64,000 nt of DNA, from the NCBI RefSeq assembly GCF_000315625.1, contig NW_005434646.1:1-64000 (forward strand), read 5' to 3'. The stretch comes from Guillardia theta CCMP2712. Lineage: Eukaryota > Protista > Cryptophyta. Made by a program: the position numbers and the translations under genes. The notes under the pieces were generated by a model. That model made no database searches. It was not told the origin of the DNA and worked only from the letters and a program-made list of their open reading frames with translations. Positions 21,918 through 34,110 of the stretch are shown piece after piece. Positions within the stretch are counted from its first letter, which is position 1. The number at the start of each line of letters is the position of its first letter.

Positions 21918-24407
21918 TTCGGTCACCACCTACTCTACCTCCATTCAGCTTCCTCAGCCTCAGTCAGGAGAGTTGCCTCTCCTCACCTTGGCCTTCGGTC
22001 GCCACCTACTCGTCCTCCATTCAGCTTCCTCAGCTTTAGTCAGGAGAGTTGCCTCTCCTCACCTTGGCCTTCGGTCGCCTCCTACCTTCTCTCCTTACCT
22101 TGAGCTCAGCTCAAGCTCGGTACGGGCTCGCCCCGTCTTCTTCCTCGCCCTCGCCTTGCTCTTCCTCCATGTCTTCCTCTTCTTCGCCATCTTCCCTCAT
22201 CTCCACTCGCAGTCGGTCCTTCTTGTCCACCTTCAGCGAGCAGGCCAGCACATGCATCTCTGCGAATTTACTCAGTGCTATGAACAGGAGGCTAAGAGAT
22301 CGACGCTCTATGTCGTCGCTCTCCGCCTCCTGCTCAAGCTCAGCAGCTGCCGTTGCCCGTGGCGAGAACGCGCTGCCCCTCCTTGCCTTCTTGCTCTCTC
22401 CTTGCACGCGAGTCCAGCGCTTGCTCTGCAGCCACTTCCCCAGCTTCTCCTTGAGCGCGTTGCGTCCCACTCCCTGCTCCTCTGGCATCTTCGCCCACTC
22501 TCCCAGCGACATGAACTCCAGGCTCCCCGGAGAGTAGAACGTGTCGTGGAGGTTGCCAACGGCCTTGTCCAGGACCAGCTTGATCGGCTCGCTCGTCCCT
22601 GCCTCGTTCAAAGAAGCTGCATCTTCGATGACTGCTGACAGCTCGCTGACGAGCTGCATGTCCTCTTGGCTTGACGGAGATGCTGCCTCCATTGTGATCC
22701 TCTCCAGGTCTGTAAACTCCAGCCACTCTCCCTCGCTCTCCTCCTGTCGCTGCGCTGCGTCGCTGGTGCCCCGCTGACCAGCCGCCTCAGAGTCAGGCTC
22801 CTTGTCGAAGCCGACTGCTTCGAGCTTGGTTGCTGCGCCTTCGAGATAGAAGGGCAGCTCCTTCATCATGCGTCGAGCATCCTCCGTGGAGCCGAGGAGG
22901 ATGCATAGCTTGGACCCGTTCCAGGACTTGGTGTTCAAATCCTCCTCCATGTCGATGCCTTCAACGTTGATCTCGAGCCTGTTAGCGATCTCCAACAAGA
23001 CTCTCTTGACTCTTGCGATAGACGTGTTGCCGCCGTTGCACAGCCCCTCCATCTCCTTCCTCGTGAAGCGACCAGATGCCGCCGTCGACTTGATGATGAT
23101 CTTGATCTCCTTGCCGTCCTTGCCGCCTGCCTTCTTCTGCATCCTTGATGCCTTCTTCAACTTATTTCTGGACACAAAGCGATCAGCTGTCAACTCGACT
23201 GCGAGCGCCTCTCTGATCTTCGGGTCCTCGCTGAACAGAGTCAGGTGTACTCCCTCCATCGCTTCGCTCTCTCGGAAAGCTCGAAATGCTGTATCATTCG
23301 CCTCTGGGCAGCTCGAGGAGACGATCCACTCCACCTCCCTCTGTCTCCAGATGACGTTGGCCCCTACAGCGATGAAGCCTTTCTGACCTAAGCCTTTGTG
23401 GACTTGCTGTCCTGGCGCCCCAGCGACCAGCATGCCTGCCAGCGGCTGGAGTTGGACCGCTGCAAGGGACTGGCGCAGCAGCTGATAGCGATAGACGGCA
23501 GCTATCTCAGCCGTTGTCATGCCGCCCAAGGTTAGCAGGTGAGTCAGCTCTGCCAAGCTGCCCCCTTTGCCCCAGGGTCCTCTCTTGGCTCGAATCTTGA
23601 AAGATCGATCGTGCACGATGCTCACATGTACAGCTGTGAACTTGCGACCATCGATCGCGAAGTCCTCTCTTCCCTGCCAGAGCTTCTCCGCTTGTGCATT
23701 GCGGAGGAAGGAAACAGTCACCGGGATCTCCTCAGCACTCGCTATCTCGGGTCTATACGGAGCCTTCCACATGATTGCTTTACTCTCTTGCACTGAGTCT
23801 ACGATCAGTCCAATCTCTTCAAATTTCTTCTTCAACTTCTCTTCATGGTTGACATACACCGAGGAGATGCCCAGGAGAGTCATGGAGATGAAGGAAGTCA
23901 CCTCGTTGCCTGCTGAGGCGGTGTATGTCTCGACCTTCTCCTTCTTGGCTTCTTCAATCTGCTGCATAAACCACTCTCTGGATGCGTCACTCCATCCAGT
24001 CATCGCTTCTTGCAGAAGCTCACGTCGTGCCTGCTGACATGTCGAGCGGATGGCTTCTGCGATAGCGTCGGGGGTGCATCCCTCCACAGCCTTGCAAGCC
24101 TGGGCTGTCCTGCTGTTCGGATAACGCTTCGCGAAGCTCTTCACCCTCTCGACGAGATCAGCTTCGAGGACAGAGGCATCCACAAGTCCGCTCTGCGTGT
24201 ATTGGCATGATCTCCGATACAGCAGGTTGCGAACATTTTCATCATACTGAAGAACCATACTTAGAAAGCTATTTGAAGTATACAAACCTCTCGCTTGCAG
24301 CTTCCTTGGCGCCCTGGCAGCTTCCCCTACACCACGCGTGCAGCCATGGTGCCTGAAATAACCGGCGCTGCCTGAAATAACCGGCCGCGCTGCCTGAAAT
24401 AACCGGC
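21918..24407 (-). mobile_element. Copy D: ORF1-only element (type B) with intact ORF; 3' UTR has 76-bp tandem repeats (21918-22086) and is truncated against copy C
   Basis: No ORF2 follows the stop. 5' 19-bp array x3 (24350-24407) abuts a telomeric tract. Confidence 0.88.
22111..24258 (-). CDS. ORF1 type B (~715 aa from first ATG), acidic C-terminus
   Basis: Intact ORF. Shares blocks with type A (SRT..A..IAEAI..TC; KAP; LAE; REVEWI; SAFSP; LFIALSKF). Confidence 0.85.
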   Translation of the reverse strand: MVLQYDENVRNLLYRRSCQYTQSGLVDASVLEADLVERVKSFAKRYPNSRTAQACKAVEGCTPDAIAEAIRSTCQQARRELLQEAMTGWSDASREWFMQQIEEAKKEKVETYTASAGNEVTSFISMTLLGISSVYVNHEEKLKKKFEEIGLIVDSVQESKAIMWKAPYRPEIASAEEIPVTVSFLRNAQAEKLWQGREDFAIDGRKFTAVHVSIVHDRSFKIRAKRGPWGKGGSLAELTHLLTLGGMTTAEIAAVYRYQLLRQSLAAVQLQPLAGMLVAGAPGQQVHKGLGQKGFIAVGANVIWRQREVEWIVSSSCPEANDTAFRAFRESEAMEGVHLTLFSEDPKIREALAVELTADRFVSRNKLKKASRMQKKAGGKDGKEIKIIIKSTAASGRFTRKEMEGLCNGGNTSIARVKRVLLEIANRLEINVEGIDMEEDLNTKSWNGSKLCILLGSTEDARRMMKELPFYLEGAATKLEAVGFDKEPDSEAAGQRGTSDAAQRQEESEGEWLEFTDLERITMEAASPSSQEDMQLVSELSAVIEDAASLNEAGTSEPIKLVLDKAVGNLHDTFYSPGSLEFMSLGEWAKMPEEQGVGRNALKEKLGKWLQSKRWTRVQGESKKARRGSAFSPRATAAAELEQEAESDDIERRSLSLLFIALSKFAEMHVLACSLKVDKKDRLRVEMREDGEEEEDMEEEQGEGEEEDGASPYRA

Positions 24408-24444
24408 CTAAACCCTAAACCCTAAACCCTAAACCCTAAACCCT
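24407..24444. repeat. Telomeric tract, ~5 units
   Basis: (CCCTAAA)n. Confidence 0.98.
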
Positions 24445-25802
24445 TCGTGGTACTGCGCCTAGCGCGTCGGGCAAGAAGTCCAACCTAATTGGATGCTGTC
24501 TCGTTACCCTGGTGATTGCACTAACCTGAGTAGTGAACCATTTGAGGATCTTTTCATCTTCCGACATCAGTCCGAGGTGTATCATGATGCCTCCTCCATT
24601 CCTGTCGTCTCCCTCAAACATCCGTAGCGTGGTGCTCAGGACGTCCGTCGAAGAGCATCTCGCAATCCAATCGATCTCTCTTCCTTGTCGTATCTCGTCC
24701 ACTCCGGCTGCTGCGAAAGTGCGTTTGTTGGGTTGACCTTGAGGTCTCCTCTTCGTCTTGACCTCTAGCTGCATGCCCGCTTCCGGCTGCACCTCCAACA
24801 CAGCTATTCCTTGTTGCAGCAGGTATTGACGATAGATCTCCGTAATCCCAGCTGAGTTCATGCCATTCATCTTGAGGAGGTGAGAGAACTCAGCTAGGGC
24901 CCCCGCCTTGCCAGAGTGCTTATCCTTCTGTGGCCTTATCTTGAAGGAGCAAGGATGCTTCGAATGCGCGTTCGCCGCGCGGATCATCTTTCCGTCGATC
25001 CTGAAGTTCGTCTGTCCTTTCCACAGCAGTTCTGCTGCGTCGTTCAATTGGAGTGTTGCCACGACTGGGATTTCATCCACTGTCGGAATCAAATCTTTCT
25101 TGATCGGGGCTCTCCACGAGATGCATTTCTTGCCCTGCTCCTCGTGCACCAAGAGTCCTTGATCCTTCAACTTCTCACACAGTACCTCAACTTGTTTTAT
25201 GTACTGGGTAGGAACTCCGAGGATAGCCATGGTAATCAGTTTACCACTCTCGGGGGACGCTCCTGAAGCATCGATGCAGGCACTCTTGTCTAGTACCTCC
25301 TGTTTGTCTGCGTTCCATGCAGAGACATACCACGACTGTCCTTCTTCCCCCCATTCTTTGATGGCATCCTCCTGGCTCCTGACTTCAGCATGTTTGCAGG
25401 TCTGTCGAATGGCTTCGGCTAAGGCGTTCATCGAGACTTCCTTGGACTGCAAGGCTCTGCCTGTCCTGCTCTGAGGGTACTGCCTATTTAGGAACTGGGA
25501 AACTCGGACACGAGCAATCTGTTTCCTTTCCTCTTTGGATAGATACCACATGATCAAACAACCGTTTCTGCACAGAAAGATATCCTGTTCAGCACCCTAG
25601 CTCGCAGGGATCCCCTCAAACTGCAGGGGAGGAGAGCATGTCTGTTACTCCAGCGGCCTGTCTGTTACTCCAGCGGCCTGTGTCTGTTACTCCAGCGGCC
25701 TGTCTGTTACTCCAGCGGCCTGTCTGTTACTCCAGCGGCCTGTCTGTTACTCCAGCGGCCTTGTCTGTTACTCCAGCGGCCTGTCTGTTACTCCAGCGGC
25801 CT
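24445..25802 (-). mobile_element. Copy E: third ORF1 subfamily, 3'-truncated mid-ORF and capped by telomeric repeats
   Basis: ORF (ATG 25551) is homologous to the N-half of type A and runs into TTTAGGG. 20-bp array TGTCTGTTACTCCAGCGGCC x8 at 25639-25801. Confidence 0.87.
25639..25801. repeat. 20-bp minisatellite x8, 5' end of copy E
   Basis: Direct reading. Confidence 0.96.
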
Positions 25803-25847
25803 CCTAAACCCTAAACCCTAAACCCTAACCCTAAACCCTAAACCCTA
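25803..25847. repeat. Telomeric tract, ~6 units, one CCCTAA variant
   Basis: Direct reading. Confidence 0.97.
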
Positions 25848-28800
25848 TTATTATTATTATTATTTGAGTTTATTAGACTCTTAGTCAAGAGTTTCATAGC
25901 TAAGAACTATTGCTCTTTGCTCATCTCTCGCCTAATGATCCGTCTAAAGGGGTTCCCAACCTTGGGAGGTTGGCCCATTCTCCTATAGGCCCCTTAGGCC
26001 TGGTTGCTTCCGTATGAGTTGTTTTCAGTAACGCTGTCCTCCGGGCCCGTCGCAAGTCCGATCCCGGTCCCCTTCCTTATTTTCGCTAAGTTCCGTTGTA
26101 CCTTCCTGCCCCTTCCCCCCCCAACACGCAGTCGCCCACTGTGGCAAGGCTGTACCTTCTCCTGCTGGCTAGCCCTTCTCTTCTTCCCTTCATGCAGCCC
26201 ATGACCATGCACCATGGGTGGCTTGCCCATGAGCCGCGCCTGCCCCCATCGGACTACATCGACTCTCTTACCCTTCTTGCCGTCCATAGCATGTGTTGCA
26301 CCTCCAGCAGTTGCTTGATTGCTGCTGTCTTGATGCCTTCCCATTCCGTGTCATCCACCCTTAGCCTCCTGAAATTCTCATGCCATTCCCTCTCCATGAT
26401 CGATCCTTTCACTCCTGCTATGAATGTTGCTTGTTCCACTTCATGGTCAGGTAGCAAAGCTGTGATTGCTGCTCGCAGAGGGGCATATTTCTCTTCCTTT
26501 TCCTGAAATTTCTTCTTCAGGCATTCCAGACTTGTTTGTTCGACTCCGTCATATTCCGATGTCCTTGCAAATTCGATGAGGACAATGCGTTTGATGCTTG
26601 CAAAGTAGCAGCAACCGTCTGGTATCCATTGCCCTTCTCGGTGCATTGAAGTCCCCATCGCTTCCATCACGATGCGTATTGGAGTGTCCCACCATGAATT
26701 GACCTGTACCCTTTGTTTCCTCCAGCTCTGCTGCAGTCTTACCTTGATCTTCTTCATGACTTCGTTGTGTGCTTTTTGGATCATATCTTGGAATTGCCTA
26801 CACGCAAGCTGAACATGTCCCCAGGTTTCTTCTCGGTCTGGACAGTGAGGACAACATGGTGAGTTAGTTTTCCCCCATTGAAAGAGCTTCTTCCTCGTCG
26901 GTGCTGAGAAGGTGATCGCTTGGATAGCTGTTCGCGTAACTGACCCTTCGCATAATCTGAACGCTCTCCCTAGTAAATCTCTTCCCACATGCATTTCGAG
27001 CATGAATTTCTCTGTCAAGGTGAGGTCTCCCGCTCGAATCCTTGCCACCATTGTCTGTTGTCTGATAATGTAGTCCCATTTCTTCAAGCGATCGAATCCT
27101 GATGTAGGATTTTCTTCTCCTGCAATGATGAATTCCATTGGGCTATCGTAGATTGCTTTCTCCCATCCCGAGGCAAATGCTTGTTTTCCTTGCTTGGCCA
27201 TTTCCTTTGCCTCTTGAATATGTCTCTGAGATTCTTTTGCTAGTTGGAGTCGGATCCTGATTCCCCTCCCTTCGAGTTTCTTCATGCAAGTGAGTAACCG
27301 ATCATGTAGGTCCTCCAGCAGTTCGTCTTCGTATCGCATGGTATCCATTTGCAACGTATTTGTCATAAAGCGGTGGAAACGTGTGGACTGGTACATTATT
27401 GTGACTTGATTTCCCCTTTTGATCTGTATTCCTTCCTCAAGGACATGTTGCAGAAGTAAGCCAATTCAATGCGATTGTGTTCGCTCGAATGATGCTGCAC
27501 TTCCCATTGATTTTCATCCCTCCTCCTGACGTCATCTCTTGTTGTTGGAGAACATATCCTATTCGCATGGATCTGTTTTTTCTGCCCTGCGTGATGTCTC
27601 CTTCAATAGCTGCTGTGAAATGCCTTCCGCCTTGATGATCGCTGCGCGGCTGGATCTGATCCCTTCGTCTGTTACACAGCTCCTCATACGTTGGGAGGAT
27701 GTTGTCATGAAGCTGGTCCCGCAAGTACGTTGGGAATGTGTGCCCAACTAGTATCCATAGCTCCTCTACAGTTTTCGTCAAGCACCTATTCCCTGTTTGC
27801 CAGAAGTTTGCTGCATAAGCTATTTGAGCGCCTTTCGGGACCCGGCTGATAATTTCGAAGCCTTCTGGTATCTCATCAATGTTATTCTTCCATCCTATCA
27901 GAATGACATGTATTGTATCCAGGATTTGTTCGCGAAATCTCTTTTGTTTGTCCATCCAAACCACCACTCTGTGCAGTTCCCTTGCTCTCTTTTTGCCCAG
28001 AGCCTGGGGATGTGTGTGTAGGGTAGGCCAGTTACGAAATGTACTGATGTCGCATTCTGTAATCTCTGCTAAATGTTGTAAAAACTCGTATGCCAATGGT
28101 TGTGTTGTTTCTTGGCGAACCTCTGATACTACCTCCTCGAGTTGTTGCCACCATGCTGTAGCTTCTGTTTCGCCGTCGTCCAATGCATTAACTATTTCCA
28201 GCAGCAGATGGATGCTTTGATTGCAGTCTCTTCGGTTATTACCGTCCTCTTCCCTTGTTGCAGATGCGAAGGGAGCCGAGTCCAGCGACGCTTCCAACCA
28301 TTCTATTGGTGGATCCACGGTCTTGCTTTCTTCAATTTGAGATCGCTCAAAGATGGCTATGTTTCCTTGAACTTTGAAAGGTATGTTGCTTGAAGTGTGG
28401 CTGAATCTTTCTTGCTGATTCCCTCCTTCATCATAACAGGTGGGGTCATGTTGGAGCCACCGCCTCAAAATTACCCGGGTGCAAGCCTTCGTATTCGTTT
28501 CCTCTCTCCCTTGGTCCGGTCTGGCTAGTTTCTTGTGTGGCTGAAGTTCATGTGGGCTAGCCTCCCTTTTTCCTTTCCTTCTCTTGTTTGGGGGCTTCCC
28601 CTCCTCCCTGGCTGGCCTTCTTCTCTTCCCTGTTCCTGCCTGCTCAAGTCCGAGTTTTGCCCAGATGAGATATTGTGCAAGGATTTCTTCTGCTTGTTCC
28701 CTTTGCTTTGGGAATGGCCAGAGTCGGATGGGCAGGTGCAGGGAGATGCCCTCGGTATCTGGGACGGGTAAGACACTTGTCATGGAGTGGAAGCCTACTT

Positions 28801-31298
28801 GGGGCAGTAGTCTCCATGCCTTTGCAAAACTCTCCCAGCCTTGCCGAGCAGGAGATGTAGGTAGGGAGTTTTCTCCGGACAGCAGGGAGTTTTCTTCTGA
28901 GAGCATCTTGTCCTCCAGGTCGTGTAAGATGGCTATTGTCCCCGGTTTCATCTTGCTTTCAATCATTTCCCAACTGATGGTGGTCTGCATTTTTTCCGCT
29001 ATCCAGATTGCGAGTCTTTCCGGTCCTCTTATCTCTTCGTTCTCTTTGAGTCTGCCCGATCTGATTTCTCGTTGTAGCTGGTTTATTGTTTGACACCCCC
29101 ATTGGTTGCACCATGATGTTAGTTTGTGGATCAGACTGCTTTTGATATCATCATCCACCCTGCATTTCTTATTTGTTTCTTTCTCTAGATACCGAATCGC
29201 CGCCCTTCCCAAGATGGGTGCTGGATGGGGGAGTTGGAGGCCTCCTCTGTCCCAAGGTAGGTGAAAGATAGCGTTGCTTGTACTCTTGCTCAATCCCATA
29301 GCTCTTTTGAATGCTCTGGTCCAGAGGGTATCTAAGGTTTGTAAGTCTGACCAAGACCAGCTCACCAGTACCGCCGAGTATCTAAAGATATTGACGATGC
29401 CTACCTTCACCAGGTAATATTTTTGGGCTGCAGAGTAAGCAGATGATTCAATCAGCTTTGTCAGTTCTTTTGTCTTCTCCAAGATGTGTTCTTTCTCTCC
29501 CCACGTGAAGGGGCAGGTGTGCGCCTTGTTGCCTCTTCCTCCTGGTCTCCACAAGCTGATCCGGATCCCTAGATATTTGAACCATTTTGTCGGTGGTAGG
29601 TTCACAAACTCCTTGTCGAAGAACTTAATGGTCTGTGTTCCTGGGATCTCCCTCTTTAGCCGATAATCAAAGCTGGTGATTTCAGATTTCTTCGTGTTCA
29701 GTTCTAATCCACTCCATCGACAGAATCGTTCTACCACTTGAACAAGCGTTTTCATCTCTCTCACTGAATGTGCTATCAGGACAAGGTCGTCTGCAAATGA
29801 CAGATTATTAGGGTGTTGAGTTGCAATCTCGTCTTGTTGTTGATCAAGTTGTCTGGACAAGATGCTGAGCAGAAGATTTGTTTTTGGCGGACTTGCGGGG
29901 CTGCCTTGGGGTAATCCTCTGAGAAGTGGGATGGCTGCTGTTTCGAACCTCTCTGTCTGAATTTGCAGCGCTATCCCTTGGCTACAACTGATTGCGACGT
30001 CTACATCACACTGGTGAAAGCCATATACTTCCATGATTTTTGCAATGGATTCGACTGCCACATTGTTAAAGAAGTTTGCAAAGTCGAGGTACAGCAGGAT
30101 GAGGTTGTGTTGATTACTCTGAGCCTCCTCGATGATGTTGAGTAGACGATGACCCTGCCTGATCGTTCCTCCCTGGTCGGGTGTTGATTGATTTGCTCTG
30201 GGGGTTCGAAGTCCGGTGGTTTGACGGAAGTCAGTGATTGACAGTTTTTGCAGAAGAAGAGGATTGATGCTTCTCCGTTTTTCTGGCTTTTGTCATACAG
30301 CGGAATCAGTCGTCCTTTTGTTTGACATTCAGCTCTTGCACAGGTTCCGTTCATGGTACATCCGTTGACTGCAAAGAAGGTTGCCGTGTGGGTTTCATCT
30401 TCTAGATCTCTTGCCAATCTCATGGGGAGAAGTTGCTCGATGTTTTTGTATCCTTCCAGGCGCCACCCTCCTGGCTGTGTGATCAGTCCTCGGATGATGG
30501 GTACGATTGCGTGTGCAGGCGCCAGAGTTATGAACAGCTTTTGTGTCAGTGTTGCCGGGTTCCTCGTCCCGAGAACCTCGACGTGCAGCATGGTTTGATG
30601 TCTTGCACTCCAAAAAGTTTTGCTTGCTTCTTTGGAGTTGCTCTGGAGGAATGTCTCGATTAACGGGTTCAGTTCTTGAAGATATGCTGTCTCCGGCTGT
30701 TGCAGCGCTGGCTGGAGATCGCTCCATGACGTAAGTTCGATTGTGTTTGGGTGGCACTTCTCTGGCAGTTGACTCAGCATTGGGGCTTTGGGCTTAAAGT
30801 CTGACTTCTTGCCCATTGCATTTTGAAACTCTTTACTCCCTATCGTGCCCAAGCGTCTTCTTCGTTCTTCGCATGCTTTCAGGAATATCTCTTGGTCTTG
30901 TGCTGCGCAGATCTCCTTGAATTTGGTCATATTCTCTCTTATTTCTGCATGTAAGCTCGACTCCTTGTGTGCGCGATCAATAAAGTCTGGAATTTCTGAA
31001 GCGTTTCTTAAATCCTTGAGAAGTTGCTTGATTTTGCGTTTCAGATCCATCTGGATCTTGGATGCATGTCTTTTCCCGCTGGAGCCTCGTAGAGGAATTT
31101 CCTTGATGGGGAGGGCTGTTGTTATCAATTCGAGAATGTCGCAATCTTGATGTAGAGCTTGTGCCGCTTTTATCTTCTCATCAAGTGCTATTGCCCATTC
31201 CACGCCTAGTCTTCCCGATAGCTTGTCCATCTCGACCACCCTTTTCTTTCGTCGAGGGGTTGCTTCTCGATCCCTCCTTTGCGGGTTAAGGGATCCTT
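25848..31298 (-). mobile_element. Copy F: 5'-truncated, decayed autonomous-type element with complete 3' end and (ATA)n tail
   Basis: Colinear with A 232-5650. ~373-bp deletion at ~30172 (CTCCCT microhomology) and 4-nt insertion at ~27465. Ends TAATAAACTCAA(ATA)n joined to GGGTTTA. Confidence 0.93.
26254..31285 (-). pseudogene. ORF2 remnant (RT, RNH-like, CCHC, RLE)
   Basis: ORF pieces 30001-31239, 27437-30061 and 26254-27396 match the A ORF2. Confidence 0.9.
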
Positions 31299-31322
31299 CT
31301 AAACCCTAAACCCTAAACCCTA
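31299..31322. repeat. Telomeric tract, ~3 units
   Basis: CTAAACCCTAAACCCTAAACCCTA. Confidence 0.95.
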
Positions 31323-31900
31323 GTAGTAGTAGTAGTAGTTGAGTTTATTAGAATGCTAGGTAGGTTGCATGGCTTGTTATCACCTTGCTCTATTCTAGTC
31401 TAACAGGGATCTCGTGACCTGGCAGTTCGGCCCGACTTGGCTGGCCCTTATGGCAGCCGTGCTTCTGCTCTGCTCCCTCCTCTGATATACTTCAGTGATC
31501 TTCCCCGGCCTCAGCCAGTGGAGTTTCCTCCGCCGGCCTTGGCCTGGGTCGTCCGTGCTTTGCTTGTGTTGCTTCCTCGGCTCCGACACACCTTGGCGGT
31601 CTCGGCCGGCCTTCGGCCAGTGAGTGGGTGATGAATGAGGTGGCAGGTGGGTTGTGGATGGGTCCCTGGGACTCACGTCCCTTCCCCCCGGGCCTCTGTC
31701 CGGACCGGGCCCGAGAGCCCGGCCGGCCTCCGCCCGGCCTCCTCCCCCCCGCCCCCCCCCTCTCCCCTCCCCCTCCGGCTTACCTGCCCTTACCTTCGTT
31801 GCTTGCCCCATGTCCACCTCATTTATTTCTTCCTCCTTCCCCCCTTGGGGCCCACAGCTCCGCTCCGCCTCTTGTCCACCTCTAAGCCTTGACTCGAGCT

Positions 31901-34026
31901 TCAAGCGCGCGAGAGGCCTGCACCGGCCTCCTCCTCCACGCCCTCGCCCTCCTCAGCTTCCATGTCGACTTCCTCCCTCATCATCAGCCGCAGTCGGTCT
32001 TGCTTGTCGACCTTGCCCGTGCAGCTCAACCCATGGTGCTCAGCAAATTTACTGATCGCAAGAAACAAGAGGCTTACAGATCGACTCTCGATGTCATCGC
32101 TCTCAGCCTCCTGCTCGAGCGCATCAGTCGCTGCTGCCCTTGGAGAGAAGGCGCTGCCCCTCCTCGCTGCCTTATTCCCTTGCACCCGTGTCCAGCGCTG
32201 CTCGCCGAGGTACGCTCTGAGCTTTTCTTTCAACATGTTTCGCTTCGATCCCAGCGTCGGCGTGGCTGCCCAAGCTCCGAGCGTCATGAACTCCACGTTG
32301 CCCGGCGAGCAGAAGGTGTCATGCAGCTTGCCAACACTCTTGTCTAGCTCCAGGGAGATCGGCTTGCCAGCTAGCAGCTCCTCCTCTGATGTCTCCAAGA
32401 GCATCGTCGAGAGGTCGAGCAAGACCTGTTGATCGACTGGCCCTGACGGCGACGCTGCTTCCATGGTGATCCTGTCGATGTCGCTGAGCTCCAGCCATCC
32501 AGCGCCTTGCTGCTGCCCTTGGGGCTCTTGGACTTGCTCCTCGCTGCTCGGGCTCCTCTCCTCCTCATGCTGAGAGCTGAGCTTAAAACCCACCGCTTCC
32601 AGCTTGACTTCCAGGATCCCTTCCAAGTAGAAGGGCATGTCGTCCATCAGGCGTCGAGCCTCTGCCTTGGTCGCCAGGGAGAGAGCTATCAGGCTCCCAT
32701 CCCAGCTGAGCGTGTCACGATCCTCCTCGACCTCGACGCTGACCAGCTTGAGGTTCGTTCTTCTTGCTAACTCCAACATGGCTCGCTTGACTCTCGTGAT
32801 CGATGTGTTACCTCCTCCGCACAGCGCTTCCATCTCCTTCCTCGAGAAGCGGCCTGTGCTCATGCTTGACCTCGACTTGATCTGTACTCTAAAGCTGCTG
32901 CGCCCCGCATGATCTCTCTCGCGAAGTAGCTTCCTCTGCTTGGCAATCTTTCCCCTCGGCACGAAGGTGTCGGCTGTGAGCTCGACTGCAAACGTCTCTC
33001 TGAGCTTGGCGTCGTCGCTGATGAGAGTGAGATGCACCCCCTCCATCGCCTCGCTCTCTCTGAACGAAGCCAAGGTCTGCTCGCAACTTGCCGTCGAAGG
33101 CGAGCTCAGCACCCACTCCAGCTCTTTTTGCTAGCGACATACGTCTTCGGGCTCGGCCCCTTGCGACCTCTCTGCCCAGGACCCTGGACGAGCATGCCGG
33201 CAAGCGGTTGTACCTCTGCGGCTGCAAGAGATTGCGAGAGCAGCTGAAATCGATAAATCTGAGCGATCTCGGCCGTCGACATTCCTCCGAGAGCTAGGAG
33301 CTGCGATAGCTCGGCAAGGCTCCCTCCCTTGCCCCAAGGTCCTCGCTTGGCTCGAAGCTTGAAGGACCGGTCGTGTGCAATGCTGACCTCTGTGGCTCGA
33401 AACGATCTGCCGTCTATGGTGTATTCTCTCCTGCCTTCCCATAGCTCCATGGCTGCTTCATTCCGAAGGAAGGAGACGGTGACTGAGATGTCGTCTGCTC
33501 GTGCTATCTCAGGTCTGTAAGGTGCTTTCCACATGATGGCCTTGTCGACTCCATCGACTGAGTCTACCATGAGATCCAGCTCCATAAGCTTCGTTTTCAA
33601 CTTTTCTTCTTGTCGAACAAACATCGAGGAAATCCCTAGGAGAGTCATGGAGATGAAGGACGTCCCCTCGGTGCCTTCGGTGCCGATGTATGTCTCGACA
33701 TTCTGCTTCTTGGCCTCCTCCATCTGTTGAATAAACCATGCTCTCGACTCTGAGCTCCATTCGCTCAGAGAGTCTTCAAACAGGTCGCGTCTCGCCTGCC
33801 GACATGTCGAGCGGATGGCTTCAGCGATAGCGTCGGGAGTGCATCCCCCCTCAGCTCTGCAAGCATAAGCTGTCCGACTATTCGGATAACGCTTGGTGAA
33901 GCTCTTCACCTTCTCGACGAGGTCGGCGGCCTCCTCGACGTGGCCTCCAGAGCGCTCACCCTGCGTGTATTGGCATGATCTCCGATACAGCAGGTTGCGA
34001 ACGCTCTCATCATACTGTAGTACCAT
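31901..34026 (-). pseudogene. Type-B-like ORF1 with ~22-nt frameshifting deletion at ~33130
   Basis: Alignment to D: FIAVGANVIWRQREVEW versus YVA/QKELEW. Confidence 0.82.
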
Positions 34027-34110
34027 GCTTAGAAAGCTTTTTGAACGATACAAACCTCTTGCTCGCAGCTTCCTCCGGTCCCCTTGTGCTCCCCCTACGC
34101 GCCGCGGATG

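Noticed and set aside
31395-31904. 169-aa ORF as an ORF2 of copy G
   Set aside because: No ATG start, GC-rich low-complexity 3' UTR, no similarity to ORF2.
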